Of a stretch of 64,000 nt of DNA, positions 27,601 to 42,047 are shown in pieces. Below the pieces are notes generated by a model, which had not been told where the DNA came from, ran no database searches, and was given only the letters and a program-made list of their open reading frames with translations. A program made the position numbers and the translations under genes. Source of the stretch: Chrysomallon squamiferum (taxonomy: Eukaryota > Animalia > Mollusca); the NCBI GenBank assembly GCA_012295275.1, contig CM022665.1:35402001-35466000 (forward strand), given 5' to 3'. Position 1 is the stretch's first letter. Each line of letters starts with the position of its first letter.

Positions 27601-28812
27601 GAAAACCAGGTGAATTAATTTCTGTTAAAAATAAAAACTTACTTCAGAAGATAACGGATCCACTGAAGAGCCTTCATATGACATCAAGAGATCTGACAGA
27701 GCTGGTGATATGTTGTAGGTGCTGTGCAGCATCTCTCTCATGTCATCTTCTTGAGCTGATTGAAACAATAATAATCATTTGAACAAATCCATTTCATAAT
27801 GAATTTGCCTCACCTGACAAGTTTCTTAAGAAATGTATGCATGATGATGCCTATGTAATATAAGTTCTGTGTATGTGTGTGTGTCTGGTGCCCTCATCAC
27901 CTCTGAAACTGCTCTTTATATCTCTTTATCGTAGCCAAAGATATATTGACAAATTAAAGAAAACAGAGAGACAGCAAGCTAAAACTATCTTTATTTTGTA
28001 ATTCATCTAAATATAGATAATCATTGTGTTAAATATTAATTTAGATACAAAACAAATCTTGCTGCAGAATCTTGACAAGACAGTTGTGTAAATGAGGTGC
28101 ATTTATAATGCTAACAATCTGTTTGGAATATTTTCCTTCAAAATCATTTTTTAAGACTATTAATGTACCTGAGAGTTTTAATTTGATAACTGTATATAAT
28201 TTAATAAAATCAGTTTTCATACATTAATAACCATCCTTGTACAAACCTATACAGTTCAGAACAGCAATGCATTTTGGAGCAGCTTTGTTGTTAAGATCGC
28301 AGACAATATCAACCAGACAAGAAATGCATTCTATGGCAAGCATGTTATGTCTGTTGAAAAATCGTCTAACTACTGTTCTGCTAACAAGCCCATGAAGAAC
28401 CTTAAAGATAACAAAAAATGTTTATGTTTTTATTAATCTGTATTCAGATAGTTTTTAATCACCAATATGTAAATAAATAAATAATATTTAAAAAAAAAAC
28501 CATTACAATATGCATCCTCTTTTGTCAAATTTTTTATAAAATTCATTTGATAATTTTTAGAAAAATGTATTTGATCATTATCTTTATAATCATTAAAAAA
28601 AGAAGAACAAAAAAAAAAGATTATATTTATTTCAAAACGTTTGTTATGATGTGTAATGGATGGACATTTTATTTAGTGCTAAATTATCTTTATCACATGT
28701 ATTTTCAAACCTCTAGTTGTTTTTGTAGGTACAGGAGATTGCTATTAGTTCTTTTGTTGTTGTACTGGCTCACAGCACTGATAAATTCCCGAACACATGA
28801 CTTCACCTCCAT
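16441..28812 (-). CDS. CIP2A: Protein CIP2A (cancerous inhibitor of PP2A; armadillo-type N-terminus plus coiled coil), ~917 aa, 22 coding exons
   Basis: Exons 28812-28711, 28400-28247, 27755-27643, 27081-26987, 26731-26635, 26288-26166, 25898-25753, 25570-25495, 24912-24676, 24335-24182, 23672-23525, 23035-22936, 22304-22186, 21557-21329, 20846-20784, 20467-20357, 19787-19654, 19251-19189, 18824-18711, 18232-18150, 17718-17558, 16572-16441 join in one frame. Motifs recalled from vertebrate CIP2A: PCLGLLANLCR, IFNILVNGD, METKALALTQADRL, IHSLSGGK. Confidence 0.95.
25010..25200. mobile_element. Degenerate Tc1/mariner-type MITE remnant in CIP2A intron 8
   Basis: Starts TATAGTAAAAACCTGCTCTATCAGTCACATGTTTAAAGAAGTCATCTG, resembling the TA-CAGTNAAACCTG-type MITEs common in invertebrates. 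Right end not resolved. Confidence 0.3.
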
Positions 28813-29022
28813 AATATAGTGTTATGGTTTTGTGTCATATGTGGCTAAAACTGATGGAAAAATGTTGTAATTATTATTGATGCAACTGGTATGGATTTTA
28901 CTGTAAAATTAACATACACTAAATGTTTTTGGAAGATAAAATTCCACATTTCATTACTACTTTAATAGCTATTAGCACACAACTTTGTGCAGAATGATCA
29001 ATGGTCAAATATAAGTTAGCTT

Positions 29023-29106
29023 AAATGCCAAGTGAAATGAAATCTGAATAACTAGTTGCAGTAAAAATGCCAAGTGAACAGAAATCTGAATAACTAGTTG
29101 CAGTAA
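29023..29106. repeat. 42-bp tandem duplication (2 copies)
   Basis: AAATGCCAAGTGAA(AT/CA)GAAATCTGAATAACTAGTTGCAGTAA occurs twice, in the putative CIP2A 5' UTR intron. Confidence 0.9.
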
Positions 29107-29684
29107 ATTGTCTTCTCTAACAAAATTTGAAAATTGCACTTAATTTAGCTAAATCAATTTTGGTACACAGACTGTTCTAATTTAAGAAAGAATGAACTGA
29201 TACACAGAAAATTATTGAACAAGCATTTTCAAGCAGTTCTGGAACATTTAAAGAAATATCTGTTTTCTGATAATCTGATAAGAAACAATACAGTTAATTT
29301 CTTGTATGTTCACTGGCAAAAAAAAAAAAAAAAAAAAAAGAAAGAAGGCAAACATATACCGTTTATACTTTATATAATTTATAGAGAATATTTCTGAACC
29401 AACAGCAACTTCTGATACAGTGGTACTATGAATCGTATGGTACTGACAGATTTATTTTCTAAAACGTATTTATCATCAAGTAATGCTAAACATGTTTGTC
29501 AGGGCCCGAGGATGCTGGCTGAAATTAATTAGGACTCATATAATTACAGAAATTCGTCTGATACTATGTATTCAGAATTCTTTGATCAAACACCGAAACA
29601 GTGTAAATGTGTAAATAAGATTAAATCATTAAGATAAACGATTGCTATTGAAAATCAGAATCATGAAAATAAAATTGTTCTTAC

Positions 29685-29900
29685 TTGAAACGAAAAAAAA
29701 GTAAAAAAAATAATAATAATAAAAAATTGAATGAAATGTTATAAAACTTTTGCATTATTTTAAACTCCATCAAAATCTACCTTTTTGATTATTAACAGGA
29801 TTTAAAAGGTTAATCTTTTATATATGTATTGTTTAAATAAACGATATTAACTAGCTGTTGTTTTTAAACTGCGCGCTTCCGGCTGTAATTTCCGGATTTT
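29685..29900 (-). promoter_or_regulatory. Putative CIP2A promoter and non-coding first exon
   Basis: Local CpG cluster. Minus strand reads CCGGAAAT..CCGGAAGCGCGCAGTTTAAA (two ETS-like sites, CDE/CHR-like pair). Donor TTTCAA|GTAAGA at 29685/29684 and acceptor at 28851/28850 upstream of the ATG. Confidence 0.55.
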
Positions 29901-30425
29901 TTTAGGTTACCAGTTGGATTAATTTTGTAAATTCCTCCTTCTCATTTAAAACACTAGTTAAAGACTGAACTCGCATATTACATTTATATTCTTTGGAAAT
30001 AATCTTATTAATTAGTTTATTTCTGTAGATCCTTTACTGACTTCTCGAATTAAATTACTGGAATTTGCAGTTTGTTTGTTTTGTTCACTTTACTCCTTTA
30101 AACAATAGACTATAATATTAATCTGGAAAATATGGAAATATGTACATTATTATTTTTTAACTAGATTGATAGCATGCAGCTTCATAAAATCATGTCTGTG
30201 AATGTATCTTAGCTCAAAGTATCAGTAAATTGGTTAGGGTAAAATTTTGTTTCTTCATTATGAAATTAATGTGTTAGAGAATAATATCCGTTTCTAAATT
30301 TGTAATATACCTAATAAACACATTTAGTTTAAAAAATCACCAGAAAAATTACATAAACCTTTAAAATGCACTTACTAAGAATTCTGAATCTCATTATGTT
30401 TATTTCAGAATAATTTTTACATTTT

Positions 30426-30429
<4 letters not shown>

Positions 30430-30490
<61 letters not shown>
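30430..30490. repeat. (TA)n microsatellite
   Basis: Pure dinucleotide run. Confidence 0.93.
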
Positions 30491-30496
<6 letters not shown>

Positions 30497-31692
30497 CATA
30501 CATATATATATAATAAAAAAGTGTATAGTATAAACATACAACTGTGATTAATGATCTAAAATTTATGTTGAACAAAAACTTGTTAGTCATGCATACACAC
30601 ACACAAAAATGGAGAAATAAAATGACTAATTTGGCATACATTTATAATAACTTGTGTACACAACATTCGTGGTTTCAGCTGCTATATTTTATAATTACCA
30701 CTATGACTGAAGGTCACAAACTACCTAATGTATTACAAAGTAATATTAGTTTCATTCCAAGACTTATGTATAGATTAAATTATTAATGCTTAGGTAACTT
30801 CTTTATGGATCTGAAAATGAATAATAACCCCATTGTACCCAATTTTTAGCCACCTAAAAATATAAATTTGTTACCTATAAATAAAACAAACCAATCCCAC
30901 TAAAAAAAAAAAAATTAAAAAATTCTCCCAAGAAACACACAAAAATGCAACAACATCCCAAAAAACAATCAAGACAAGAGATTAAAGTTCAAGGATTTTA
31001 ATTTAAAACTGTCTTTATTTTAAAAGTCATGCACGATACCAATTCCACATAATATATATATATATATGTATAAAAACATACATAATAGAAAAAATGTATT
31101 ATAATAAATAAACTGCATACACATACCAGTATTCAAACACAGACACACATGAAAGCCTCTTTTTTTCAGCATTATAAGGACATATTAAAACAAATGGACA
31201 TTATTAAAAACATTTTGGCACAGTTTTGAACCATGTTATATTTTGATTACAAAATATTTAAATGATTTGAAACAGGCAATATTATAGCTTTGTATAAGAT
31301 CATCAATGAGGAAATATATTTTAAAGAATAGTTTATATAAGTGTAAAACAAGCTTGCTTAAGAAAATGTTATGAAATTAAAAAACAAGTGTAAGTAAAAA
31401 TACACTTGTTACTTGATCAACAGTGTAAAAATATCAGCTAACACACAACATTATTATAATGTTGTCCCTTTTAATGTTTTAAAAATTTTATGATTTGACA
31501 GTTTTGATATTCATTCACTACAAAATAAAACCAGTTATCAAAAAAGTTAAATATAGTGTTAAAATATATAAGTAATTAAAATTAAGTACAGTTTCATGCA
31601 GACCCCAAAAACAATTTAAAAAGTATAAATTATATATATATATAAAAAAAAGAAGGTCCATAAAAGTGTATTATATAAGCATTAAAATAATG

Positions 31693-34600
31693 TTACAGAC
31701 TTCCAATGTCACTGAACTTTTTGAGAATGCTAGGGAAGTCATCTTTATAGAGCACTGGATCTGCCCTAAACTCCACACTTTTTAATGGCATCGCTCCATA
31801 TATGCTCATGAACTGGTTAATACACTCAGATCTTTCGACCATGTGTGTAAGATCAGCAGAAAGCATTTCATTGTTTATGCACTGTGGACACTTGAATTTC
31901 TTTCTTGGTGTCACCTTCACAGGAGCCTTTCCTGTTACATTGGCAATGAGAAAATTCATGGCAATATCCTCACAGTTCATGTGTTTGTCAACCCATGATT
32001 TCATGTTTCCTGGTAATGAATTGGTATACAGGTAGCTGAAATACTGAAAAAAAGGTATCTAATTATATATTTATATATAATTTTTTTTTTTGTGATATAC
32101 AGATTTGATATAAATAGTTTATTTCAAATCTGAACTTTCATAAGCAATTATTTCTTTTAATTTTAATATATTACATATGTTGGTAATAATAGTAAGATAA
32201 TCTTTTCTAATTATTTTTTGCCAAAAAAAACAAAACAAACAAAAAACAAAAAAAACAAAAGGATAAGACAAATAAAAAAAATAAAACTGATTTCATATAC
32301 GAGTGTTATAATATGGAATTTAAATGTTAATTAAAATGTACAGTTTCCAAAAGCAATCTTACTGTAACAGATTTATATCTATAATTTTACTACTACTACT
32401 AAAAATAAAATATTCTTGTGAAAAATATAAAATATGATATTGCATCCAATGAATTACATTGTATTAATTTACTACATAAAGATACTAAAATATTCAACAG
32501 TCTTTAAGTGAATTACTCTTACTAACTTTGTGGTAAAATGCAGCACCAGTTAGCACCATAGAAATAGCATTTGTCCATTCAGACTCGTAGCGGTACTTCT
32601 GAGTAGCATTATCCCACATGTGCAGTCGCGATGGAAATCCAACAAGACGGTCGGGAAATTCGCGCCATACCTTTGGTTAAACAAAAATTAAACAAAGAAT
32701 TGGATGAGTACTTCATATGTATTTTGTATCTGTTTTTGTTTGTACATGCAATTATCTATCATTATTTCTAGTTTCTATTAAAATATGTCTAGTATTTTCC
32801 AGGCAAAACATGACATACAATGTTTCACTATACATGTAACAAAAACATGATTTTAAAAAAGAAGACAAAACAAAACACCCTTAAATAAAAATCATATATA
32901 ATTACTGAAATAAATTCTTCAATCCTAAACTGTCATTTTATGATATGCCTGAAGGTGTAATTCATTTATTTATCACACTAAATAAATAAACTGATATTTA
33001 ATAGTTATAAGTATAGAAAGATTTTCTATTATAAATTATGTATGTCACAGAGAAATTGTACTCACTTCATATCCAAACTCCAGTTCATCTGCAGTAAGCA
33101 TCACAATGTCATCATCCAGTGCCAGAATACATTCAGTCTCTATCTCGTCATATGGGAAAAATCTGAAAACAAAATGAGTATGTTATTTTAAAACCTTGCA
33201 CATTCAAAAACTTCATTAACTTTATCATAAATTTTTCTTCATTGTAGAATCTCAAGAAGATGAATGTACAACAAAGTTAAAAGATAAAATTGTAGGTTTC
33301 TTTGAAACATAATTTTTGTTTTGTTTATATTTTGTCCTGAAGAGATATATGAATGCTAACTGATAAATATTTGACTTATCTGAAAATACAAGAATTTATA
33401 GTGCTCACACCCACCCCCCACACAAAAGAATTAACATTTTTCATGTAATAGCTTCCTTTCACCTGTTACTTAGCCTATTTTTGTTAGTCTTTACCACCTT
33501 CACTGGTTTTCCAATGTATGGCCAAGATGACACTAAAAAATAAAATAATAATTAACAAGATATTCAAATAAAAACAAACTACAGAACACTATAAAAAATA
33601 AAATCCTAAGAATTATCCACCACAGCTTAAAGAGTATTTATAACTGTTTACAAACCAGGAATAAAAAACCCTGCACATTCATTACTATTAGCATAATCTC
33701 AGAAATCCCATTCCACACTTTTGAAAATATAAATAACAAACAAATTATCATTCACAACTGAAAAAAATAATGACTTTGTACTTACTGGGAGGAGGGGTTT
33801 TGTTCTGGTTGTTCCATACGACAACAACTTTAGCCAAACTTGGCACTTTTGCTACCTGTCTGATAACATCGAAGAGAGATTCCAATCTATCATATGTCAG
33901 AATAACAACAGTAAAACCTTGAGACTTGGGTGGGATAAGAGGCAGAAACAATGGATTCTTAACAACAGCCTGAAAAATAAACGTTGATGATAGTGGCAGC
34001 ATTGTTTTTAAACTGACAAACAAAATACTGATACCACAGCAAGGCATCATATGTTAAAATATTTCATGTAAGGAGAATGTTTTTCAGTGTACAAAAGGTA
34101 ATAATTTAAAAAATAAAATAAACAAATACATTTAAATATCAACAAAATAATATAACATAAAGAAACATATTTTTTGTAATGACTGTTGATAATAAAACTT
34201 TTATTGTAACAATTTGAACACTCACTTTATTTGGAATATCATTCCAGTCTTCGTATGTCCTTGCAGCAAAAGGGAAAACTCTATCATTTATAATCTGCAG
34301 TGTTGTCAAGGTGATTGCCTTAATGGAACTGAAGTATTTGTTCCAAAACATTTTCACTTGTTGTCTCATGTTGTAGATGCGCTTTGTGCTGAAACTCTTT
34401 ATGATGTTCAGCAAATCACTCAGGTCATCCTCACGAATTGTGACAGCAGCTCTGCAGAGATTACAACAACAAAAAATCAAATACTGAAATCTGAATTAGC
34501 AGATGACTACTACATTAATGTTAAAAATAATTAGGTTTTTTTCTCAGTCATTTGTAATGATAGGATCAGAGAAAAACCCATTATTATTACCATGCATTTT

Positions 34601-37055
34601 TCCACGTATCATTTTGCACAGTATACAACCATTTATAAGTTAAGGGATACTTGTTGGTATAGGAAAGTGTTCAACTCACTGACTAATGAAAATTAATCCT
34701 GGAATCAATCATTTCTCAGTTATACAAAAGGAGATGAATTACTAATCAAATAACAATTCAAACAACTGCAGAAGGTTCAAACATACCTCTTCCAGTCAAG
34801 TACTTCTGAAAACGGAAGCACATAACCATCAGCAACAACAACAGGTATACATCCAGCTTTCAGAACATCAACAAAAGTTGGCTGACCTAACCTGGCACCT
34901 CGAATTACCAGACAAAATGTTGAATCCTGTGGAAATATTGGTAAAAAAACAGTTCACAAAGTTAAAAGAAAACAAAGGTATTCACTATTTGACATAATAA
35001 TATCATTCAAATCTTTAAGATAAATGAATCTGCATTATGTTGAAAATACTGGTTCACAGCTTATGTATACTTAAAACACTGGTTAAGAAGTATCACATTT
35101 ATCTTGTCTCAGAAATTACATTTAAATCCAGATAACAACTGCATTTTATCTTTAGCGTTTATTATTCTCAGTATATTTCTTGAAAATAATTAACAATTAT
35201 ACAAGTCTGTTGTGCAATTGGATATTAAATCTCTACCTGCAAAATCTGAGGATAACTGTACTCTTCTGTCTGACGACAACGTTTTGTAATGTTAAATCCT
35301 TCATCTGATGGACATCTATCTGTGACTAAAAAGTTTGGTTCATCTTCTGCCAGCTGTACAAGGATTTTGCGATATTCAGAATGGAGTCCTGTTTGAGATG
35401 AAATTACCAGCCACTCTCTAGCCTCTCTGGTTTTGAAAAAAAAGACATAATAAAACTAATGATTACTGATACTTCAATATCAACTGGAATTTTTTTACTT
35501 AATTCATAACAATTTAAAAAAAAATAACAACAATATTATATAAAACACATTTAAAAATGGAAAAATATTTAAATTAGAATTAATTTTTTTAATTAAAATA
35601 TTTGTAAATGTGAAAATATTTATAAATATTAAATTTAAATATATGTAAATGTGAAACAAACATTTCATCAACAAGAATTTTAGAAATTAGTGTATCATTT
35701 CACTAGGTTCCACTGATTCAATGTCATTTTTTTTTTTCATTCATCACACAATGACATACACAGTAATTACTGGAAGATAAATAAAATTAATTCCAAAGAG
35801 ACATACTAGTTATTTGTATTATAAAATACTTACAGGTACGATTTGTCAGGTAAATCAATATGAGCTACCAGTGGATTGTAGATGGGAATTGAAACATCAA
35901 ATGTGTGTCTGTAAGATAAAGTAGAGAAACCAGCTCCAGCAACAATAGCACGACCAGAAGCCACTTCAACCACTGTGCTGAATTCAGGTGAACTTCCAGG
36001 CAACATGTTGAAAATAATGTGATTTGATCCACCATTCCAGCTGTTTAATAAGATTATATTAAATAAAAAAATATAGTTGCTTATCTTTTAATGACTTAAT
36101 GTTTGAAAAACTACATCTGATTTTTCTAAAAAATGAATGAAGTAAAATATTATAAGTGAAAAGATACACATTATTCAAATTCTAACACTTGGATTAGTTC
36201 TTTATTTTTCAGTACTGATTGATAATGTAGAATAAAATTTAAACTGAATCCAATAAATACATGTAGCTAAGTATATTGATATTACTGGTTTTTGAAATAC
36301 ATAATAACATATGCTTCAAAAGTAAAATAAAATCATTTCCAGTGTTTGTTAATGTCTTTTATAAAAATAAAATAAAAATAAAAATAAAAACTGAAGAACA
36401 TTATAAAAAAAAAAAAAAAATTACTGTTTAAAATCTGTTCAAAATATTCCTTTCTGTAGAAATTTTAAATGAAAAAGTTATTGTTATTTAAAAAATAAAT
36501 ATACATTTTCTTGTTACTGTAAGAAACAATATAATGCACTCACTATGGTAAAGACGCCAGTATTCGGGATGTTTCCTTTACATCTAATCGATTTTGATTA
36601 AGAGTATCTACAGAAGGAACATAGAGGCATGCTGTTTCTGGGTAACTGGTGTAAAATGGACTGTCAATAATGGCTTGAAGGATTTCATCAAATTCCACAG
36701 ACCGATGTGCATGCAAGACATTTCCTGCTTCATCATGATAATGCTTTATTGGATAAATGTAAACAGTTATCATAGGCTCATCATTGTATCCACAGTGGTA
36801 AACTTCTAAACATGAATGGAAAGTGCATCTTGTTTCTCTTTGCGAAATATTGATTTGGGATGAAATTTCAACAATTTCATTGCTATCCAAGTCTTTGGGA
36901 AATCGTTTCTGGTTCAGATTGCTAGAATCTGATTTTGACCAGAAGAGAGCAATAAGTGACAAAGAAGCAATGAATAAGGCTAACAAAAACAAACGAAGAA
37001 AATAGATATTTAGTGTTGCCTTCCGAATTCGAATCCGTGTCTGGCTTATCTCCAT
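31693..37055 (-). CDS. EXT2: Exostosin-2, heparan sulfate co-polymerase (GT47 plus GT64 domains), ~706 aa, 10 coding exons
   Basis: Exons 37055-36544, 36040-35834, 35426-35237, 34926-34787, 34451-34226, 33969-33786, 33532-33463, 33162-33066, 32670-32527, 32043-31693 in one frame. N-terminal transmembrane segment; motifs [63 protein letters not shown]; C-terminal IGSL as in vertebrate EXT2. Confidence 0.97.
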
Positions 37056-39052
37056 TGCTGCTGTCAGAAAAGTCTGAAATTAAATGACCAATTTGTTAAT
37101 GATTTAATAAATATTTGTTTGTTTTCGTTTCAGTATGATGTTAGTGAGGATCATTAAAAAACTGTAATAAATATTTCATTTGTGAAATTGATATATAAAT
37201 TAAATTTTAAAAATTTCTTTCATAGAGCAAATATCTTATATTATGTCGTAGTAAGCTAAACAAATGTTATATTTTTATTTTTATCATAATTTCAAAATTG
37301 AATATATCCAACAGCTATTTATAATAATAACAATTATAATAAAAATAAAAATGTTATTTTAATTTTATAGTGTACCTTTAATATATCATGCATTTTCCAA
37401 CTGAGAACAGATATATCTTATTTACTTGTTTTTAAAAATACAACTTCAATGTCATTTTTACTATTAAATCTTACCCTGAAGAGTTTCACCAGAATGGACA
37501 AAGACAAACTAAGAGTTGGTAAGCTTTAGTAATGTTTGATGATGTCATTAAATAATAATAATATTATTCTATTTTTATGATTCTTATTTACACTTGTTTT
37601 AAAATGAGGTAAAAATGAGGCAAAATATATTTTGAAAAAATTAAATTAAATTTTGTTTCAGACTTATGCTGGTTTTGAAATTTGACAAAACTGAGGAAAA
37701 ATAATTAAGTTATTATTTGTCATTTTATATATAAAATTTTATTTTTTAAAAATGCAGCCATAAATCATCAAAACACTACAGAGCCAACTTTAACAGCAAC
37801 ACACAGGCTCTGTCCACTTTTTCATGTTACTAAATGTATTCTTGAACAAGCTAATGTTCTAATTAAAGAATTTAGCAGAACTGATAATAACTGGGAACAA
37901 AGTGACTTTGTTAGGAGATGTTTAAATGAAACATTACCTACTTGTTATGAAATTTTTAAAGAAAAAAAGAAAGGCATAACAAACAATTCTTGATTCATTC
38001 ATCAGCAAGGCAGACAGGTGTTCAGGTCTCGCTGTATCTTCTGAAAAAACCCAGATGATTCACAGCCTCTCTTTTCATCATGAGATGACCTTTAGCCTGG
38101 CTTCTCGTCAAGGGATGAACCTCAACAAGACCCATCTTGGTGACAATAAGTCGCATCCAACGCCATCGTTTAATAACAGTATAATGAGTATTACTATTAA
38201 CACCTATTCAGGCTACTGTCACACTGTGGTGCAGTGTCAACTGCCGTCAGATACAGACTTCTTGGTGAATACTCAGGCAGGCTTTACATACTATTCATGT
38301 AATAATTAAGTTATTATTTATCATTTTATGTTAATATAATACGGAAATAAAAATTTGATATTAATTTTTGTCATAAAAAACTGATATCAATATCATGATA
38401 TATTCCCACCGTTTAAATGGGTTAACGGCTCTAATGTTGGAACGCAACACCGGCGCAAAATGATGGTTCGTTGTATACAGTACAGTTTTAGACGTAATAC
38501 TTACTAAACTTAGACTAGTCTTTTGGATTAATATGGAAAATAAAAGGTCACTCTGACTTCGAGTTCGAGTCTTTGACTGTAATTCATTCATTGTCAGTTT
38601 TGACAATTCACTTCTCATATATACAAAATCTAAATAATACTGAACTTCATAATACCTCAAACAGTAGTAAACATCCAGTGCTCTTAAGCAGGCATTTTCT
38701 AACGGTACATTTTATAACAGTAAATATGCATGTAGTTCGGAATTACTATCCAAAAACGGAAACAGAACACATTTTGACTACGCCTGCCAGTGAGATGCCA
38801 ACTACGAACCAGTCTACAGAGAAGAAAATAATGATTTTCACAACAAAATAGAATGTGTTTACCGGAAAAGTCTGGGTGTTTATTGAATTAATAAATAATA
38901 ATAGTACAAAGAATAAACAAATTAGAGTTTTGCTTAGGTATTTTAATATTTTTCGATGTTTAAGACAAATGTATTAAAGTAACGATAAAACAAAATATTT
39001 TGAAAATAAAAGAGGACACTGGACACTACGACAGATAATGACTAAATGAGAT

Positions 39053-39125
39053 ATTGATATAATCATATAATGATCATATGTTATCATATTGATATAATCA
39101 TGAACGTATCATATGTTATCATATT
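39053..39125. repeat. 35-bp tandem duplication (2 copies)
   Basis: ATATTGATATAATCAT.....ATCATATGTTATC occurs twice. Confidence 0.8.
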
Positions 39126-41689
39126 ATAGGGAATATTTATCTAAAAAAAGAATTGTTGTTCCAACCAGTGTCAGAGTTATTTCTTGTTCCAGACAGTGGA
39201 CCATGATTGGTTTTAAAGAAGCCATTGCTTCCCAGGCAGGTTTACAAATACCAAATGGCAAATGATAAAAAAGAACTTTTAGTAATAATTGTATGTAATA
39301 TAAACACAGACACACACACACACACATACATGTAATGATGTATGATATATATTGCATCTGACTTTATACTTAAATCTTAACAATTATAACATGGCTCAAC
39401 TTCCAAATCATTTAGTGTCTCTCTTAGAAAGTACATTATTTTCATTAATTTTAAAATATGAATATTTTGATAGGTCAGTCAAGACCTATGGCTATATATG
39501 TAATTATTGGCTGTTATCTTTTAAAATATCAAGGCTACATTGTTTCCAAAATAAATGACACTAATATATTGATAATAAATGTTAAATTGTTTTATATCAA
39601 TAGTCATTTTGAATTGTCTTAATCAAGTTAATGTGAATATTTAGTAAAATGTAAATTTAATCTTGATTAAATCATTAGCCTAAAGGGCTATACATCAAAA
39701 TAGATTTCATGAAATCATCAAATTCCTTTGTTTTTGTGTTGTGTGTGGGTGTTTCTAATTAACTTCTTACAGTTGTTTGAATATTTTGGTTAACACGGTT
39801 GTTGAAAGCTTATGTTGATATCATTTAATTTTGCAGCCCATAAATTTACTAATTTCCTCATTATATATATATAAAGGGAATTTGTGAAGTCATTAATAAT
39901 AATGAAAGTAAAAAATAACAACAAAATCTTCCAAAACAGATGTGCATATTCTAAATATTTTTTATTGTACACTTACAAAATTAAATAACAAATAAATATA
40001 TGTATAAAAAACACTCCTATATTACAAAATGAGAATTTACACTCAAATTTTGAGTTTAGCTATTCTCAATAAGCTTTAAGTGACTTGTAGAATGTGACAA
40101 CACCGAGCTGCAGGACACTAAAACAAACACCAACTGCTACAGGATGTCTACAAAATCTGGAATTGTACGAATTGTTTATATATGAATAATAAGCTGCAAA
40201 GAATTCCCAGGATATGCTGCACATGCCTTCAACATGTTGATACCTTTTCAGACAATATACAATATTTTTCAGATTTTTATGCAGTATGTATAGGTATAAC
40301 ATATAAATTAATGATGGCTGACTGAAATGCATACTCACAAATGCTTCAGATTTTTGTTCTTGTCAGAAGTAATATTAAAAGGACTCCTACCAAAAAATCC
40401 AAATAATAAACTGCCTGTTCTTTTATGCATTGGCTGGTTAGCTAATATGTTCAACCTTTGCATTTTGATATGGAATAGCATGATTCCAGATTTTACAGAC
40501 ATCCTCCAAGTTGTTTTTAATACTGGCTTTCACCATAAAGTAGTTCTGATTGTTAACAAAAATATCACACAAAGGAAGATTCTGCTAAAAATACACACTG
40601 TTGCAACATTATTAAAAATTTAATAGTATTTATTTACCAAAACTAAATATTACCCCCCCCCCCCCAGATTTCAGCAGTTTGTAGAAATAGTTTCTGTTGC
40701 ATTCTGGTACATTTTACATTTTCAACAATTGTGTATCATCAATTAATTCAAGTTTCTTTAGCCTTTGCTATTAAAATAATATATATATATATTTTTAAAT
40801 GACTTCAGCAGTTTATAATTGCATAAATAATATATATATATGTAAATAGATACAGTGAACAAGGATAAAAATATATATAGGTTACTCATAAACAAATGAT
40901 ATTTCAGAAAATCTTGCATATATTTCAAATGTACTATTTTTATTGAGTAAATTAACATAACAACACACAGATTTTCTGTTTAAACAAGTTATAAACTTCT
41001 TACAAGACTTCACCTAATAAAAATGAGAAAAGACATTAAAAATAAATACAGCAGTCCAGTTAATTTATACTTAACAATGCTAAAACACAGAATATAAAAT
41101 AAAATATATTTGGAATCTAACAAAAAAATAATTTGACATGAAATGTAAAATATTGCATTATAAAAGACTATTATAGTCTTTGTATTTATAAAGTAGATAT
41201 AAATTAATCACATCTATATAAAGCTATAATACTGAAAAAGCTATTTAATACTTGTGACCTTTTATTATAAAAGGCCAATATTTGTGAGACAGCTGTTTTA
41301 AATACTGTAGTGCATCAAGTTTGGAGGATTTTCTTTCTAATAATAAAACAAATGTACCTCAACTTCTTTTTTCTAAAATTACCAGTATATTAATTATCAG
41401 TAATAGGATATAGTTTGTGATTAAAAAATATTACAAAACAGATTAAGTGTAAAAAGTTCTTGTAACTTCTGATAAAAGTGAAGATTGTGATTTTCTTTTG
41501 CAAGTTCATTTTCATTGGTCTTTCATCCAAGTTTTAGAGAATAGTTTTAGGATCATATCTTCTATATATTGCAATGTAACTGATACCTTAATTTGTACTA
41601 TTCTTTATTAAAGATATGAATAAAAGCTTAGACCAACTGAATGTACGAGTGCATAAAAATAAATGTATGTAAATGCTCTTTAGTAAATA

Positions 41690-41720
<31 letters not shown>

Positions 41721-42047
41721 CCCCTAATTTGTAATATAATCAAACTTATTTTATTTACAAATACAGAATTTCTGTAATACACTTAATCTTTATGAAAAAA
41801 TAAATGGAAAAAACACAAATGTGACTTCACCATCAACACGTGTAGTCAGTATGTGCTATTTATAATTATGGTATCACTCCAAAGAGACATTATGTCCAAG
41901 AAAGACAATAACAATAAACTAATATTTTAAAACTTTAGGTAAAAAAAACAACAGAAAAAACCCTTTTATCACAGACAGTTCTAAAAGCATAACAAATAGA
42001 TGGTAAAATTATTTTTTAAACAAAAAGGATGTAAAAAATAAAACAGT

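Noticed and set aside
37990-38100. CTGATGA (hammerhead core) and ATGATGA...CTGA (C/D boxes) on the minus strand
   Set aside because: No stem II or GAAA for a hammerhead, and no terminal stem flanking the C/D boxes.
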